Notes: generated by a model from the sequence alone, not told the origin. A stretch of 64,000 nucleotides of DNA from Acidobacteriota bacterium (GCA_965205505.1 CBDBHB010000007.1:128001-192000), one strand, 5' to 3'. Positions 10,975 through 22,515 are shown, numbered from the stretch's first letter. Translations and numbers: made by a program.

Positions 10975-12033
10975 TCAATCGAGCACCGCGTCGGCGAGCA
11001 ACTTCAACTTACCGTTCATGCGCGCCAGGTCTGGCGCCGCGTTGTCGTGTTCTTGCTGTGTCACCACCACCATGTTGAGGCTCGGGATCATCACCACGAT
11101 GCGCGCGTCCCAGTCGCCGTCGGCGACGTAGGTATCTGCTGGCGCCCCCGGCCACGCCCGCCGCGGTGTGCCGCCGACAATGCCGTTGAACCACCATGTG
11201 TAGCCGAAGATTCCGGGCCCGAATTCAGTCTGGCTGCACTCGCCACCAAACGTCCCAACCCCCAGGTAGTCATTACATGCCGTGACCGGTGCCACCGCCA
11301 TGGATCCCGGTACCTGCACGCGCACACTGTCGCTGAAGTGCGACTCTGCAATCACCTGATGCGTCCGCCAGCGCCCACGGTTGAGCCATAGCTAGCCGAC
11401 ACGGGCGAAATCGCGAACCGAGATCAGCACGCCGCAGCGCGCCCGCGCGCCGCTGAGTCCGTCCTCCAGCTTGAGGCGTCGAAAGCGCTTGCGGATTGCC
11501 TGCGCTACGGTGCGTCCGCCGAACACTTTGCGGAGCGACTCGCACAACAGCCGAATGCCATTGTCGTTGTAAGACCATGCCGCGCCGGGTCGGTCGGGCA
11601 TCGCGTAGCCGCTGATGTTGTTTGCCAGATGATGGAAGGTGATGCGGCGATCTACGGTTTTGAGCTGCGGCCAGTCGGGGGCAATCGACTGATGTACGCC
11701 GCTCAGCTTGCCCTCGTCGAGCGCCAAGAACAGCAATGTGCCCAGAAGCGACTTCAGCGCCGAGGCCCAATCGAGGCGCTCGCTCACGACGCCCCAGCTG
11801 CGAACGATGTACCCGTCGCGCACGATCACGCCATTGCCCCCGACCTTTGCGACGAACGCGTCGAGCGTCCTGCCGTCCAGCTCCAGGGCCGACGCTGTGC
11901 GAGTCTTCCAATGCGCTCGCGGAAAAACGGTGGCTCGATCGAACGAGCCGCGCGAGGCTCCCACCGAGACGTCGGCAGAGGCGAGAACGCAACACAGGCC
12001 GAGGGTCATCGAGACGACGAGTCCAGATCGCAT
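10975..12033 (-). pseudogene. Serine hydrolase (beta-lactamase/AmpC-like family) with in-frame TAG at 11392-11394
   Basis: Signal peptide, SALK (SxxK), PG..WSYND; the frame reads DFARVG*LWLNRGRW directly into ORF 10975..11355. Confidence 0.85.
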
Positions 12034-12219
12034 GCTGCGCGTTCCCTTTCATCACGATTGCCGGCGGCGACGACAACGGTAGCTATAGCAGATGTGTGTC
12101 GAGCTGAGAAGTAGAGCACCAGGAGCGCAGCCAGGGCGCCGTTGAGCGTTCAGTTCTGGACGGATAAGGTCCGTCGTAGTGTCGCTGCCGAGCGGGCGTG
12201 GCGAGTGAGCAAGAGAGCG

Positions 12220-13407
12220 ATGAGAGTCTATTCCGACGCACCAGCAGTGGGTGGGTGCGTGGCGGCGCTGATGCTCGTCACCGCTTTGGCGGTGGCAGCG
12301 TGCTCACCGGGTGACAACGCTGACGGCGCGGCAACCGTCAGCGGCGGCGCGCCGGAGTCGTTCGGGACGCTGCCGGACGGGCGCGACGTTGGGCTGTTCA
12401 GGCTGACCAACGCCAACGGCCTCCAGGTACGAGCCATCGAGTACGGCGCCATCCTGCAGTCCATCGAGGTGCCCGATCGCCACGGTGAGCTCGCCGACAT
12501 CGCTCTGGGCTACGACACGCTCGACGGCTACCTTGGCGACAGCCCTTACTTCGGTGCCGTCGTCGGACGCTATGCGAACCGCATCGCCGCTGGTCGCTTC
12601 TCCATCGACGGGACGGTTAGCACCCTGGCCACGAACAACGACACCAACCATCTGCACGGTGGCGATCGAGGCTTCGACAAGGTGCTTTGGCGTGGCGAAG
12701 CCCTTGGGACGAACGAGGTTGCTTTCGCCTACCGGAGCCCGGACGGCGAGGAAGGCTACCCAGGTGCGCTCGATGTCACGGTCACCTATCGGCTCACCGA
12801 CGACGATGAGCTGGTCATCGACTACCACGCCGTTGCCGACGCGCCGACCCCTGTCAACTTGACCCAGCACACGTACTTCAACATGGCGGCCAGCGGCGAC
12901 ATCTTGGGCCACGAGCTCCGCATCAATGCCGATCGCTACACACCCGTCGATGCAACGCTGATTCCGACCGGCGAGCTGTCAGCGGTGGCCGACACGCCGT
13001 TCGACTTCACCACCGCGGCCGCCATCGGGGCGCGTATCGATGCTGACCACGTACAGTTGCGGCATGGCGGCGGCTACGATCACAACTTCGTTCTCAACAT
13101 CGCCGCGGGCACCGGAATCGACGCGCCGATTCACGCTGCCCATGTCGTCGAGCCGAGTAGCGGCCGAGTGCTCGACGTATACACCAGCGAGCCAGGCATC
13201 CAGCTGTGCTCGGGCAACTTCCTCGATGGCTCACAGGTGGGCAAGGGCGGGCGTCGCTACACGCATCGGTCCGGGTTCTGTCTGGAGACCCAACACTTTC
13301 CGGATTCCCCGAACCAGCCCTCGTTCCCAACGACGATCGTTCGTCCGGGTATGGCTTATCGAACGCGAACCACGCTGCGCTTCTCGGCGAGCGCTCCCGC
13401 TCAATGA
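12220..13407 (+). CDS. galM: Aldose 1-epimerase (mutarotase) with lipoprotein-like leader
   Basis: GRYANRI, NHLHGG, EEGYPG, NLTQHTYFN, GYDHN and FCLETQHFPDSPN motifs; AVAA-C lipobox-like sequence. Confidence 0.92.
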   Translation: MRVYSDAPAVGGCVAALMLVTALAVAACSPGDNADGAATVSGGAPESFGTLPDGRDVGLFRLTNANGLQVRAIEYGAILQSIEVPDRHGELADIALGYDTLDGYLGDSPYFGAVVGRYANRIAAGRFSIDGTVSTLATNNDTNHLHGGDRGFDKVLWRGEALGTNEVAFAYRSPDGEEGYPGALDVTVTYRLTDDDELVIDYHAVADAPTPVNLTQHTYFNMAASGDILGHELRINADRYTPVDATLIPTGELSAVADTPFDFTTAAAIGARIDADHVQLRHGGGYDHNFVLNIAAGTGIDAPIHAAHVVEPSSGRVLDVYTSEPGIQLCSGNFLDGSQVGKGGRRYTHRSGFCLETQHFPDSPNQPSFPTTIVRPGMAYRTRTTLRFSASAPAQ

Positions 13408-14213
13408 TCCAGCACAAGCTGTTGGTCGGCACCGTGGCGTCGGCGATCGGCGTATCGGCCGCCCTTACGGCAATCGGTGCGAGCGCTGTGGCCACGACGC
13501 AGTCGGCAGAAACCGTTCGCATCCTCACCTACAACATTCATCATGGTGAGGGGATGGACGAGCGCATCGATCTGGAGCGCATTGCCGCGCTGATCAATCG
13601 GCTCGAGCCTGACTTGGTGGCCCTGCAGGAAGTCGACAGAGTGGTTGATCGCACCGGCGGCGTCGATCAGGCGACGGCGCTCGGCGAGCTCACCGGTATG
13701 ACCGCCGTGTTCGGCGAGTTCATGTCGTACCAGGGAGGCGACTACGGCATGGCCTTGCTCTCCCGTTGGCCGGTGATCGAGACCACCAACCATCGGTTGC
13801 CGGACGGTGTAGAGCCACGCTCGGCGCTCGCCGCGCGGGTACGCTCGCCTGCCAGCGGCCGGGAGCTGGTCTTCGTCGGTGTCCATCTGTATCGCACTGA
13901 CGAGGAGCGCCTTGCTCAGGCCAAACGGGTCGCCGACGTGCTTGCTGGCGAGGAGACACCTGTGGTGCTGGCCGGTGATTTCAACTCGACACCCGACTCC
14001 GAGGTCATGCGACAACTGGCGCGCACCTGGCACATAGCTGACAAGGGAACCGACCGGCTCACATGGCCGTCTTACGAGCCGGAAATGGAGATCGACTACG
14101 TACTGCTGCGGCCGGTCGAGGCCTTGCGGCCCCTCGATCATCGGCTGCTCGACGAACCGGTGATTTCCGATCACCGGCCGGTTTGGATCAAGCTGCGCTG
14201 GGACTACCGCTAG
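13404..14213 (+). CDS. Secreted endonuclease/exonuclease/phosphatase family protein
   Basis: TYNIH, LQEVD, GDFN, IDY and SDH motifs; N-terminal signal. Confidence 0.9.
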   Translation: MIQHKLLVGTVASAIGVSAALTAIGASAVATTQSAETVRILTYNIHHGEGMDERIDLERIAALINRLEPDLVALQEVDRVVDRTGGVDQATALGELTGMTAVFGEFMSYQGGDYGMALLSRWPVIETTNHRLPDGVEPRSALAARVRSPASGRELVFVGVHLYRTDEERLAQAKRVADVLAGEETPVVLAGDFNSTPDSEVMRQLARTWHIADKGTDRLTWPSYEPEMEIDYVLLRPVEALRPLDHRLLDEPVISDHRPVWIKLRWDYR

Positions 14214-14245
14214 CAGGCCACTTTTCCACCACGGTCTGCTAGTGG
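14207..14245 (+). terminator. Stem-loop after the EEP gene
   Basis: CCGCTAGCAGGCC…GGTCTGCTAGTGG; no clear U tract. Confidence 0.35.
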
Positions 14246-14341
14246 CCTGTGTTAGAGGACACCAGAGCCGGCGCTGCATGGGCCCGAGCCTGCGCCACCC
14301 GGTGTCGTGACCTGACCCCACGGTTAGTACCACGTCTAATC

Positions 14342-15226
14342 TCAGTAACTCGGTGCTGACAAGGGGTTGTTGAGGCCGGCGAAGCGGAGCGTAGCCGGCT
14401 TCAACAACAGCGCCTCCGGGGCCGGTGGTCGGTAGCCCAACGAGCTGTGCGGTCGCATGCGGTTGTACTGCTGCCTCCATCTCTCGATCAGAACCTTTGC
14501 CTCCTTGAGCGTGTAGAAGATCTCGCCGTTGAGCAGCTCGTCTCGGAGCTTGCCGTTGAAGCTCTCCACGTAGCCGTTCTCCCACGGCGAGCCCGGCTCG
14601 ATGAACAGCGTGCCCACACCGAGCCTACCGAGCCAGTCGCGAACCGCCTCGGCGGTGAACTCCGGTCCGTTATCGGACCGGATGTGCTCAGGTATGCCCC
14701 GGTGCACGAACAACCACCCGAGCCGCTCGAGCACGTCCTCACAGTTGAGCTTCCGTGCCACGTCGATCGCCAGGCTTTCTCGTGTGTACTCATCGACGAT
14801 CGTCAGCAGCCTCATAGCCCGACCCTCGTGCGTCCGGTGATGGACGAAGTCATACGCCCAGACGTGATCTTTGCGCTGTGGTCGCAGCCGGATGCACGAG
14901 CCATCGCTGAGCCACAGCCGGGCTCGTTTGGGCTGCTTTGTCGGTACTTTCAGCCCCTCACGCCTCCAGATACGCTGCACTCGTTTGTGGTTCACCCACC
15001 AGCCCTCCATACGCAACAACGCCGTCACTCGCCGATACCCGTAGCGCCCGTATTGTCGGGCTAGATCCACGATCCGCTCCGTCAACATCTGCTCATCGCC
15101 CGGTTCTCTTGGCATGTACCTGTGTGTCGTGCGTGGTTGTTTCAGTACCCGGCACGCCCGCCTCTCGGAGACGCCCAGCCGCCCCTGTACATGCGCCACC
15201 GCCTCGCGCCGTCGAGCTGGGCTCAG
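14342..15226 (-). CDS. IS3 transposase OrfB (DDE catalytic domain), expressed by -1 frameshift
   Basis: YGYRR, WAYDF, DEYTRE, SDNGPEF and [17 protein letters not shown] motifs. Confidence 0.93.
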   Translation of the reverse strand: MSPARRREAVAHVQGRLGVSERRACRVLKQPRTTHRYMPREPGDEQMLTERIVDLARQYGRYGYRRVTALLRMEGWWVNHKRVQRIWRREGLKVPTKQPKRARLWLSDGSCIRLRPQRKDHVWAYDFVHHRTHEGRAMRLLTIVDEYTRESLAIDVARKLNCEDVLERLGWLFVHRGIPEHIRSDNGPEFTAEAVRDWLGRLGVGTLFIEPGSPWENGYVESFNGKLRDELLNGEIFYTLKEAKVLIERWRQQYNRMRPHSSLGYRPPAPEALLLKPATLRFAGLNNPLSAPSY

Positions 15227-15501
15227 AAGTTTCCCTCCGCGACTTCCTTCAGGATCGACAGGTCGAGCTCTTTCTCCGCCACCAGTTTCTTGAGCCGGGC
15301 GTTTTCTTTCTCCAGCTGCTTGAGCCTTCTGGCCTGGTTGACCTTCAGCCCCCCGTACTCCCGCCGCCACCGATAGTAGGTGTGCTCGGTGATCGCTAGC
15401 TTGCGGCAGGCATCCTTGACCGTCCCGCCTTGCGCCAGCTCCACTTCAGCCTCCCGGAGCTTGCGTACGATCTGCTCGGCGCTGTGCCTCTTCGTCGGCA
15501 T
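15223..15501 (-). CDS. IS3 transposase OrfA (HTH)
   Basis: [16 protein letters not shown]…[11 protein letters not shown]…[14 protein letters not shown]; ends at a G-GGA-AAC slippery heptamer. Confidence 0.93.
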   Translation of the reverse strand: MPTKRHSAEQIVRKLREAEVELAQGGTVKDACRKLAITEHTYYRWRREYGGLKVNQARRLKQLEKENARLKKLVAEKELDLSILKEVAEGNF

Positions 15502-15610
15502 TCTGACCTCCCCTTTTCGACCCAGATCGTGAGATTACCTCTGGATCCGTTTTGGGGGGTCAGGTCAGTCGGGCATACGTCTGGCGACGAGGGATTGTTG
15601 CAAAGGTCGA

Positions 15611-15652
15611 CTACACAATGTAGATTCGAAACCTCAGACTCTACAATGTGAG
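15611..15652 (+). promoter_or_regulatory. PadR promoter/operator region
   Basis: Palindrome CTACA-CAA-TGTAG (15611-15623) and a second ACAATGT core overlapping a TACAAT -10-like box (15642-15649). Confidence 0.45.
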
Positions 15653-15658
15653 GTTGAT

Positions 15659-15988
15659 ATGGGTGTCGACTACCCTGGTGAGTTCGAGCAAATGCTGCTT
15701 CTCGTGATCCTACAGCTCGGCGACGAAGCCTATGGCGGTCGGGTTCGCGGCCAGCTCACCGAGCTGGTTGGTCGCGAGCCGTCCGCCGGCGCGCTCTACA
15801 CCACGCTTCAGCGCCTGGAGACCAAAGGTTGGATAGGTGGACGTCAGGCGGTTGGTTCGGCGCAGAGCGGTGGGCGGCCGCGGCGCTACTTCCGGGTGAC
15901 CGCCGAGGGGCTCGGCGCATTGCGGCGCTCGCGTTCGGCGTTGCTGACGCTCTGGGAGCCGGTTGTCGGGGCACTGGACGAAGTATGA
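15659..15988 (+). CDS. PadR-family transcriptional regulator (acidobacterial type)
   Basis: GEFEQMLLL, AYG, GALYTTLQRLE.KG and GGRPRRYFRVT motifs. Confidence 0.92.
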   Translation: MGVDYPGEFEQMLLLVILQLGDEAYGGRVRGQLTELVGREPSAGALYTTLQRLETKGWIGGRQAVGSAQSGGRPRRYFRVTAEGLGALRRSRSALLTLWEPVVGALDEV

Positions 15989-18736
15989 GCCGGCCACGAG
16001 GACTCCTGGGCCGGCTGCTGCTCCGGGTCGTGCCACAGCATGGCTTCGCGGCATCGTTGGTTGGCGACCTGGACGAGATTCACACGCGGGAAACACGAAG
16101 GCTGGGTCATGCTCGCGCCGGTGCCCGTCACGCGCGTCGCGTTATCAGCGTGCTGCTGCACTTCGGTCGCGCCCGGTTGGGCGGAGGCGGGGCGCAAACC
16201 GAGGGCCCGGGAGGCGACCTCGAACTTGGGTGCCGAACTGGTGGCGCCAACGCTGCCTGTGGCCCGAAGCGCCGCGCGTCGGGCGGTTGGGGGCGGGGCC
16301 TGGGGACAGGATCTGCGTGTTGCCGTTCGCAAGTGGGCGCGAAGTCCGCTGGCCGCGCTCGTCGTGGTGCTGACGCTCGCCGTTGGTATCGGCGCCAACA
16401 CCGCCATTTTCAGCGTCGTGAACGGCGTGCTCGTGCGGCCGCTTCCATACGCCGACGCTGGCCAGCTCGTTGTCGTCTACACGGAGCTACAAGACCAGGG
16501 CGAGACCATGCCGGCGAGCTCGCCGCCGGAGTTTCAGGACCGGCTCGATCACGCCGACGCCTTTGCGTCGCTGGGAGCCATGTGGTACCGACCCGCCGCC
16601 CTGACCGACGACGGTGTGGAGCCCGAGGACATCGACATGGCGTTCGTCTCCGCCGGGCTCTTGCCGACGCTCGGTGTGGAGCCGCTGCTGGGGCGTTTTC
16701 CGCGACCCGAGGAGGATCACACACGATCGCGCGTCGTCGTGTTGGCGCATGATACGTGGCAGCGACGCTATGGTGGCGATCCCGATCTCGTCGGCAAAAC
16801 AATCGAGTTCGACGGTGTCGCACAAACGGTCGTCGGCGTGATGCCGGCCAAGTTCCGCATGCTGTTCCCGCCCGACGTCCGCATGCCCCCCCGCGTGGCC
16901 GCGTGGATGACTTGGGGCGGCCGCTACGACGAGTATCCGCGACGCTGGCGCGTCTTGACTGCGATCGGTCGCCTGCGACCGGGGCTCAACGCCGTCGCTG
17001 CAACAGCAGAGTTGCGTGGTGTCGCGGAGCAGGTCCGCGCTGACCATGCCGACGACTACGCCGGCTCGGGCTACGACTTGCGACTCGAGCCGCTTGCGGA
17101 CGACCTAGTAGCGCACTCGCGTCCAACGCTGGTGCTCCTGCTCGTCGCCGTAGGGCTGGTTCTGCTGATCGCCTGTGCCAACGTCGCTAATTTCATGTTG
17201 GGACGCTCGGTGCACGCCTCGCGTGAGCTCGCGATCCGCGGTGCGCTGGGGGCCACCGGCTGGCGGCTGTTCCGGCAGCTAGTGACGGAGAGCGCGGTGA
17301 TCACCTTTGCCGGCGCAGCGCTCGGGCTCGCCCTGGCGAGCTGGGGGATCCGAGCATTGCCCCTGCTGGCGCCGGCGGATCTGCCGCGTGTGGAGGCGGT
17401 CGGTATCGACGCGTCGGTGCTGATCTTCACGACGCTGGTAGCGGTGGCGACTGCGCTGGTTTTCGGCAGCGCGATGGCGATGCAGCTGCGGACGCATAGC
17501 CGAACAGAAATCTTGAAGGCGGGCGCTCGGGCGCTCACTGGCTCTGGTAGCGAGCGCGTACGTAGCGTTCTAGTTGTGGGCCAGGTGGCGCTGTCGTTGA
17601 TGTTGTTGATCGGCGCTGGGTTGGTGGTGCGTAGCTCGCGCGTCGATCCCGGTTTCGAGGCGTCCAGCGCGCTGACCATGTAGCTGTCGTTGGTCGATGC
17701 TCACTATCCTTACACCAAGCCGGCGAAGATCGCGGAGTTCTATCGGCAGCTCGTCGCTCGCGTCGGCGAGCTCGCCGGTGTCGGCGCCGTGGGTGCTACC
17801 ACGCAGCTACCGCTCGACGGTAGCTCGTACTCGATGGCGCCCTATGCCTACGAAGCGGCGGAAGGCGTTGTGGAGTGGAACAGCATCGCGGCGAACTACC
17901 GCACGGTAACCGCCGGGTGGCTCGAGGCGATCGGGGCGCGGCTGGTCGAAGGACGGACGTTCGACTGGACCGACGACATGGATGCGGCGCGGGTTGTCGT
18001 AATCGATCAAAGCCTGGCGCGTCGGGCCTGGCCCCAGGCCAGTGCCGTGGGACAGCGCTTGCAAGTCGAGGTCTTCCTGGCTGGCGAACGCTATAGCGAG
18101 TGGGCCGAGATCGTCGGCGTGGTCGAGCACCTGCGGCACCACCCCAGCGCCCAGGGATCCGAACAGGTCTACGTGGCACATTCCCAGGCTCCGATGCGGA
18201 CCATGGCGTTGACTGTTCGCACCGACGCCGATACGCGCTCGCTGGTGGAATCGGTGCGCGCCATCGTTCACGACCTCGATTCCGACCAGCCGCTGCAGCG
18301 GGTACGTCCGCTGGCGGAGTACCTCGGCGAGGCCATCGCGCCGATGCGTTTCGCGCTCACGTTGCTCGGCGCGTTCGCCATCGCCGCGCTGCTGCTGGCG
18401 ACTCTCGGTGTGTATGCCATCGTGGCGTACGGAGTAGCCCAGCGGGCTCGAGAGCTCGGTATCCGCATGGCGATCGGCGCATCTCCGACGGCCGTGGTCC
18501 GCGACGTGGTGGGTCGGATCGCGGTGCTCGCGGCAACCGGCGTCGCCATCGGTCTGCTCGGCGCGTTGGCGATGGCGCGGTTCATGTCGGGACTCCTGTT
18601 CGGCGTGGCGCCGACCGACCCACTCGTATTCGCCGCGGTGGCTGGTCTGTTCATTGCCGTGGCGCTATGCGCCTGCTACATACCAGCGCGCGGCGCCGCC
18701 CGCTTGGATCCCGCCAGCGCCTTGCGCCGCGAGTAG
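15985..18736 (+). pseudogene. ADOP-family duplicated MacB/FtsX-like permease; frameshift at ~16180-16300 and in-frame TAG at 17681-17683
   Basis: LVGDLDE leader, QDLR.A.R, LAVGIGANTAIFSVVNGVL, LLIACANVAN and ELGIRMAIGA motifs, C-terminal PAR.AARLDP..ALRRE; ATGA overlap with padR. Confidence 0.9.
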
Positions 18737-18768
18737 CTTCCTCGCCTAGTGGCGGGCCCGACGGCCTG

Positions 18769-20538
18769 CTAGCCGTCAAGGCGATCGACGGTGCCACGGA
18801 GCAGGAGCCAGGTGTCTGGGTCGAGCACGACTGCCGTTGGTTCGGTCCCGGCGTCGATCGATAAGCGATCCGAGGCCGTGCGCAGCTCGATGACCTCCCG
18901 GTGGCGCGATCCGTCGTCGTTCTGCAGCTCGATCGTGAGCGGCATTCGGTACACATAGTTGCCCGGCTGGCGGAGCTCCAGAACGACCGCACGCGAAGCA
19001 GCATCGTAGCGCCAGGAGCCTTCCAGGCCGAGCCCCCCACCGCCGCGGTACAGCCACTGATCGAAGAACCATTTCAGCTCATGTCCCGACGTTTCCTCCA
19101 TGACGCGACGGAAATCGTCGGTCGATGCGTGCCCGTTGAAGTAGTTGGCGTAGTACCGACGGATTCCCTCCCAGAACGTCTCCGTACCCACGAGGCCGCG
19201 CAACATGTGAAGTGTCCACGCGCCCTTCTGGTACTGCATGCCGGTGGTGATCGCCGACATGTCGTCGAGGTTGTCGTGTACGACGCGATAGTCGGGGTTG
19301 TCGTCGTAGAAGGTCAAGACGCGGTTGCGGGCGCTGCGCAGGCCGTCGACAAACGCGTCGCGACCGTACTCGTGTTCGATGAACAGCAGGGTGAAGTAGG
19401 TAGCGAAACCCTCGCTCAGCCAGACATCGTCCCAGTCGTACTCGGTCACCGCGTTGCCGAACCACTGATGGGCGATCTCGTGGATGATGATGTTGCGCCA
19501 CCGGGTGCTACGGGTTCCGGTAACCGAGTCGTCGCCATAAAAGATCGCCGAGGCAGCCTCCATGCCGCCGCCGACGCTGTTGGATTGGATGTTGGCGAGC
19601 TTCTCGTAGGCGTACGGCCCTATCGAGTTGCTGTAGAAATCCAGCGCCTCGCGCGTCGGGTAGGCGAAGTCGTAGAAACCCGCGTCGCGGTCCTGCGCAT
19701 AGACCCACGTCTGTACAGGCACACCGGCGTGATCGCCGAGGTGCTGTACGGCGAAACGCGCCGCGCCGAGCATATATAGCCACGGGGCGATCGGCACCGA
19801 CTGACGCCAATGGGTCAGGCGGTTCCCGTCAGCCAGGTCGGTCTCTTCGACTAGCAGCCCGTTGGAGACGACCTGATAGTGGCCGGGCGCCGTCACCACC
19901 AGTTGGCTCTTCGCCTTGTCGTACGGGTGATCCACGGTCGGCAGCCAGTTGCGAGCCTTGTTCGGCCAGTTGTCGGAGAAAAACGTGCGGTCGCCGTGCT
20001 TGTTATCACCGATGATCAAACCGGTGGCCGGGACGCCGGCATAGGCAACGGTCACGAAGACACGCTGGCCTGAAGTGGACGAGCTCGCCAACTCCACACG
20101 AAGACGCTCGGCCTCATGAGTGAACGGTGCCGGCGCGCCTCGGTCGGCCTCCGATACCCCCGGTGCCATCACCGTGTGCTCGTCGAGCCCTTCAGCCAGC
20201 CAGGCGCCGGTCACCCGCATCCCGTGCGGACTGTCGGGAGCGGCGCGCCCGATGAGATCGAGCTCGATCGCGGTGAGCCCTGTGGCGCCGAGCCGCAGGT
20301 CGATGGTGGTCAAGCCGGCGATCGAGTCCGTGTCGTCGCTCAGCGCCAGCCGGAAGACATATTCGTTGACGTCGATATTCGGGTTCTTCGGGTACGTATC
20401 GGAGGCGGAGGCGCTGGCGGATACTACTGATGCGGCGAGTGTGATCCACAGCGCCATCGCAGCCGGCATGCGGCGGGCTCTGCTCAAATGACCAGTGCCT
20501 GCCGGTAGTGGACCGCGATTGCAGTCGGGAGTGCGCAT
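18769..20538 (-). CDS. Secreted M1-family zinc aminopeptidase
   Basis: GGME, HEIAHQWFG and WLSEGFATY motifs, YQKG; start codon uncertain. Confidence 0.92.
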   Translation of the reverse strand: MRTPDCNRGPLPAGTGHLSRARRMPAAMALWITLAASVVSASASASDTYPKNPNIDVNEYVFRLALSDDTDSIAGLTTIDLRLGATGLTAIELDLIGRAAPDSPHGMRVTGAWLAEGLDEHTVMAPGVSEADRGAPAPFTHEAERLRVELASSSTSGQRVFVTVAYAGVPATGLIIGDNKHGDRTFFSDNWPNKARNWLPTVDHPYDKAKSQLVVTAPGHYQVVSNGLLVEETDLADGNRLTHWRQSVPIAPWLYMLGAARFAVQHLGDHAGVPVQTWVYAQDRDAGFYDFAYPTREALDFYSNSIGPYAYEKLANIQSNSVGGGMEAASAIFYGDDSVTGTRSTRWRNIIIHEIAHQWFGNAVTEYDWDDVWLSEGFATYFTLLFIEHEYGRDAFVDGLRSARNRVLTFYDDNPDYRVVHDNLDDMSAITTGMQYQKGAWTLHMLRGLVGTETFWEGIRRYYANYFNGHASTDDFRRVMEETSGHELKWFFDQWLYRGGGGLGLEGSWRYDAASRAVVLELRQPGNYVYRMPLTIELQNDDGSRHREVIELRTASDRLSIDAGTEPTAVVLDPDTWLLLRGTVDRLDG

Positions 20539-20566
20539 GCCGGTGACCTCGCGGAGCGACGCCATC

Positions 20567-22273
20567 TCATACGCCATTTTCGGAAATCGGAGCCGGCTCG
20601 TCTTCGATGCCGAGGTTGCGTCGCAGCCTGGCGAGCTCGTCTTGTAGCTCCGTCTGCAGCTCGTCATGCGTGGGGTCGCCATGGATGCTCTTGATCTCGT
20701 GTGGGTCGGTCGACAGATCGAACATCTCCCACTCATCGGTGTCCGGGAACCGCACCAACTTGTGCCGGTCGGTAATCACGCCGTAGTGCTCGGCCACGGC
20801 GTGCGGGCCGTCGAGCCCCTCGTAGTAGTGATAGTAGAAACTCTCGCGCCAATCTTCGGGCGTCTCGCCGCGCAACACAGGCACGAGGCTGCGTCCATGC
20901 ATGCTCTCGGGCGCCTCGAGCTCGGCGACGTCGAGAAAAGTCGGCGCGAAGTCGAGGTTCGACACCATCAGCGGGCTGACCCCTCCGGGGGCGGTCCCGC
21001 CAGGCCAGCGAACCAGCAGCGGTGTGCGCAATGACTCCTCGTAGATCCAACGCTTGTCGAACCAACCGTGCTCGCCCAGATAGAAGCCTTGGTCCGACGC
21101 ATATACCACGAGGGTTCTATCGGCGAGACCCAGCGTTTCGAGGGAGTCGAGCACGCGTCCGACGCTGGTGTCGATGGCGGCGATCGTACGCAGATAGTCT
21201 CGCAGATACTCCTGATACTTCCAGCGGACGAGCTCGCGATCGGCGAGCCCGGCGGCGGCGAACTTCTCGTTGCGCGGGGAATACGTGGCGTCCCAGGTGG
21301 CACGCTGCTCGGGTGTGAGCCGTCCTATCAGGCGCTCCCAATACTCAGCCTCCCCGTCCGGCGAGCCCGGGGCGCTCGGCCACACCTTGAGGTCCGATAC
21401 CAGCGTCATGTGCCGGTCGATCTCCATCTCCTGGCTCGACGCCGGGCTGGCGCGGCCGGAGTAGTCGTCGAACAACGTCGGCGGCTCTGGGAACACGGTG
21501 TCCGTATATGCGCTCAGCTCGGCTGGGCCCGGCATCCAGTTGCGATGCGGGGCCTTGTGCCCCAGCCACATGAAGAACGGGCGCTCCGGGTCGCGCTCGT
21601 TGCCAAGCCAATCGATCGCCAGGTCGGTGATCACCTCGGGTACGTAGCCTATACGGCGCACCGTGCCCACGGGGGTCCGCAGATCTGGGTTGTAGTAATT
21701 GCCTTGTCCCGGCAGCACCTCCCAGCGATCAAACCCGGTAGGGGCGCTCTTCAGGTGCCATTTGCCGAAGGCCGCGGTCTCGTAGCCGGCGGCCTGCAGC
21801 AGCTTGGGAAAGGTGGTCTGCGAGCCGTCGAACTCGCCGAGGTTGTCGAGCACGCCGTTGACGTGGCTGTACATGCCCGTCAACACGACAGCGCGGCTCG
21901 GCGCGCAGATCGAGTTGGTCACCAGCGCTCGATTGAAACGCATACCGGCGTTGGCAATGCGGTCGATGTTCGGCGTCTCGTTGAGGACCGAGCCGTAGGC
22001 GCCGATTGCCTGATACGCGTGGTCGTCGGCGAAGATGAAGAGGATGTTCGGTGGCGAGTCGCCACCGATGACAGCGCTCGATCCCCCTGAGCTGCAGCCG
22101 CACATCACACCCAGCAAGATCGCGGCCGCAACGGGGATACGGGCTGGGAGCCTGCATCGTAAGCTGGCCGACCTCGGCCATCGAACGGCCATCGCGTACC
22201 CCAGCGAAATTGCCCGCGGTCTCGGTCGGCTCCGGAGGCCATGATCCGAATAGTCAGCGCGCATGGCGCACAC
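20567..22273 (-). CDS. Sulfatase (Cys-type formylglycine), probable lipoprotein
   Basis: PNILFIFADD, CAPSRA, GKWHL, HKAPH and DQGFYLGEHGWFDKR motifs; true start probably ~22192. Confidence 0.93.
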   Translation of the reverse strand: MCAMRADYSDHGLRSRPRPRAISLGYAMAVRWPRSASLRCRLPARIPVAAAILLGVMCGCSSGGSSAVIGGDSPPNILFIFADDHAYQAIGAYGSVLNETPNIDRIANAGMRFNRALVTNSICAPSRAVVLTGMYSHVNGVLDNLGEFDGSQTTFPKLLQAAGYETAAFGKWHLKSAPTGFDRWEVLPGQGNYYNPDLRTPVGTVRRIGYVPEVITDLAIDWLGNERDPERPFFMWLGHKAPHRNWMPGPAELSAYTDTVFPEPPTLFDDYSGRASPASSQEMEIDRHMTLVSDLKVWPSAPGSPDGEAEYWERLIGRLTPEQRATWDATYSPRNEKFAAAGLADRELVRWKYQEYLRDYLRTIAAIDTSVGRVLDSLETLGLADRTLVVYASDQGFYLGEHGWFDKRWIYEESLRTPLLVRWPGGTAPGGVSPLMVSNLDFAPTFLDVAELEAPESMHGRSLVPVLRGETPEDWRESFYYHYYEGLDGPHAVAEHYGVITDRHKLVRFPDTDEWEMFDLSTDPHEIKSIHGDPTHDELQTELQDELARLRRNLGIEDEPAPISENGV

Positions 22274-22351
22274 TCAGGACGAAGGCGCCCGCGGATGAAT
22301 CCGGGGCGCCTCGTCGACACGGTAAGTTTCGCAACTACGGCAAGAAAGAAG

Positions 22352-22424
22352 CTCCTGAGGTAGGACTTGAACCTACAACCCTCCGGTTAACAGCCGGATG
22401 CTCTGCCAATTGAGCTACTCAGGA
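22352..22424 (-). tRNA. tRNA-Asn (GTT)
   Basis: TCCTGAGTAGCTCAATTGGCAGAGCATCCGGCTGTTAACCGGAGGGTTGTAGGTTCAAGTCCTACCTCAGGAG folds as a full cloverleaf; CCA not encoded. Confidence 0.97.
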
Positions 22425-22515
22425 AACAAGAGGCGTCGGAACGCCTGTTGCTGACGTGGCGCAGAGTTGGAGCGACACCGCCAGCGCGGAAAAGGTACCA
22501 CCGTTGTCCACTCGG

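Larger units (their letters stand above)
14308..15567 (-). mobile_element. Complete IS3-family insertion sequence
   Basis: Terminal IRs TGACCTGACCCC (TG…CA ends); 4-bp target duplication GTCG at 14304-14307 and 15568-15571. Confidence 0.95.

Noticed and set aside
5348-17683. Amber (TAG) recoding or pyrrolysine insertion to explain three in-frame TAGs
   Set aside because: TAG is the genuine terminator of many genes here (SPFH, kinase, EEP, ADOP, integrase, Sel1). The expected residues differ between sites (E/Q, W/Y, Q-like), a TAA case also exists, and no pyl genes or suppressor tRNA are in the window.
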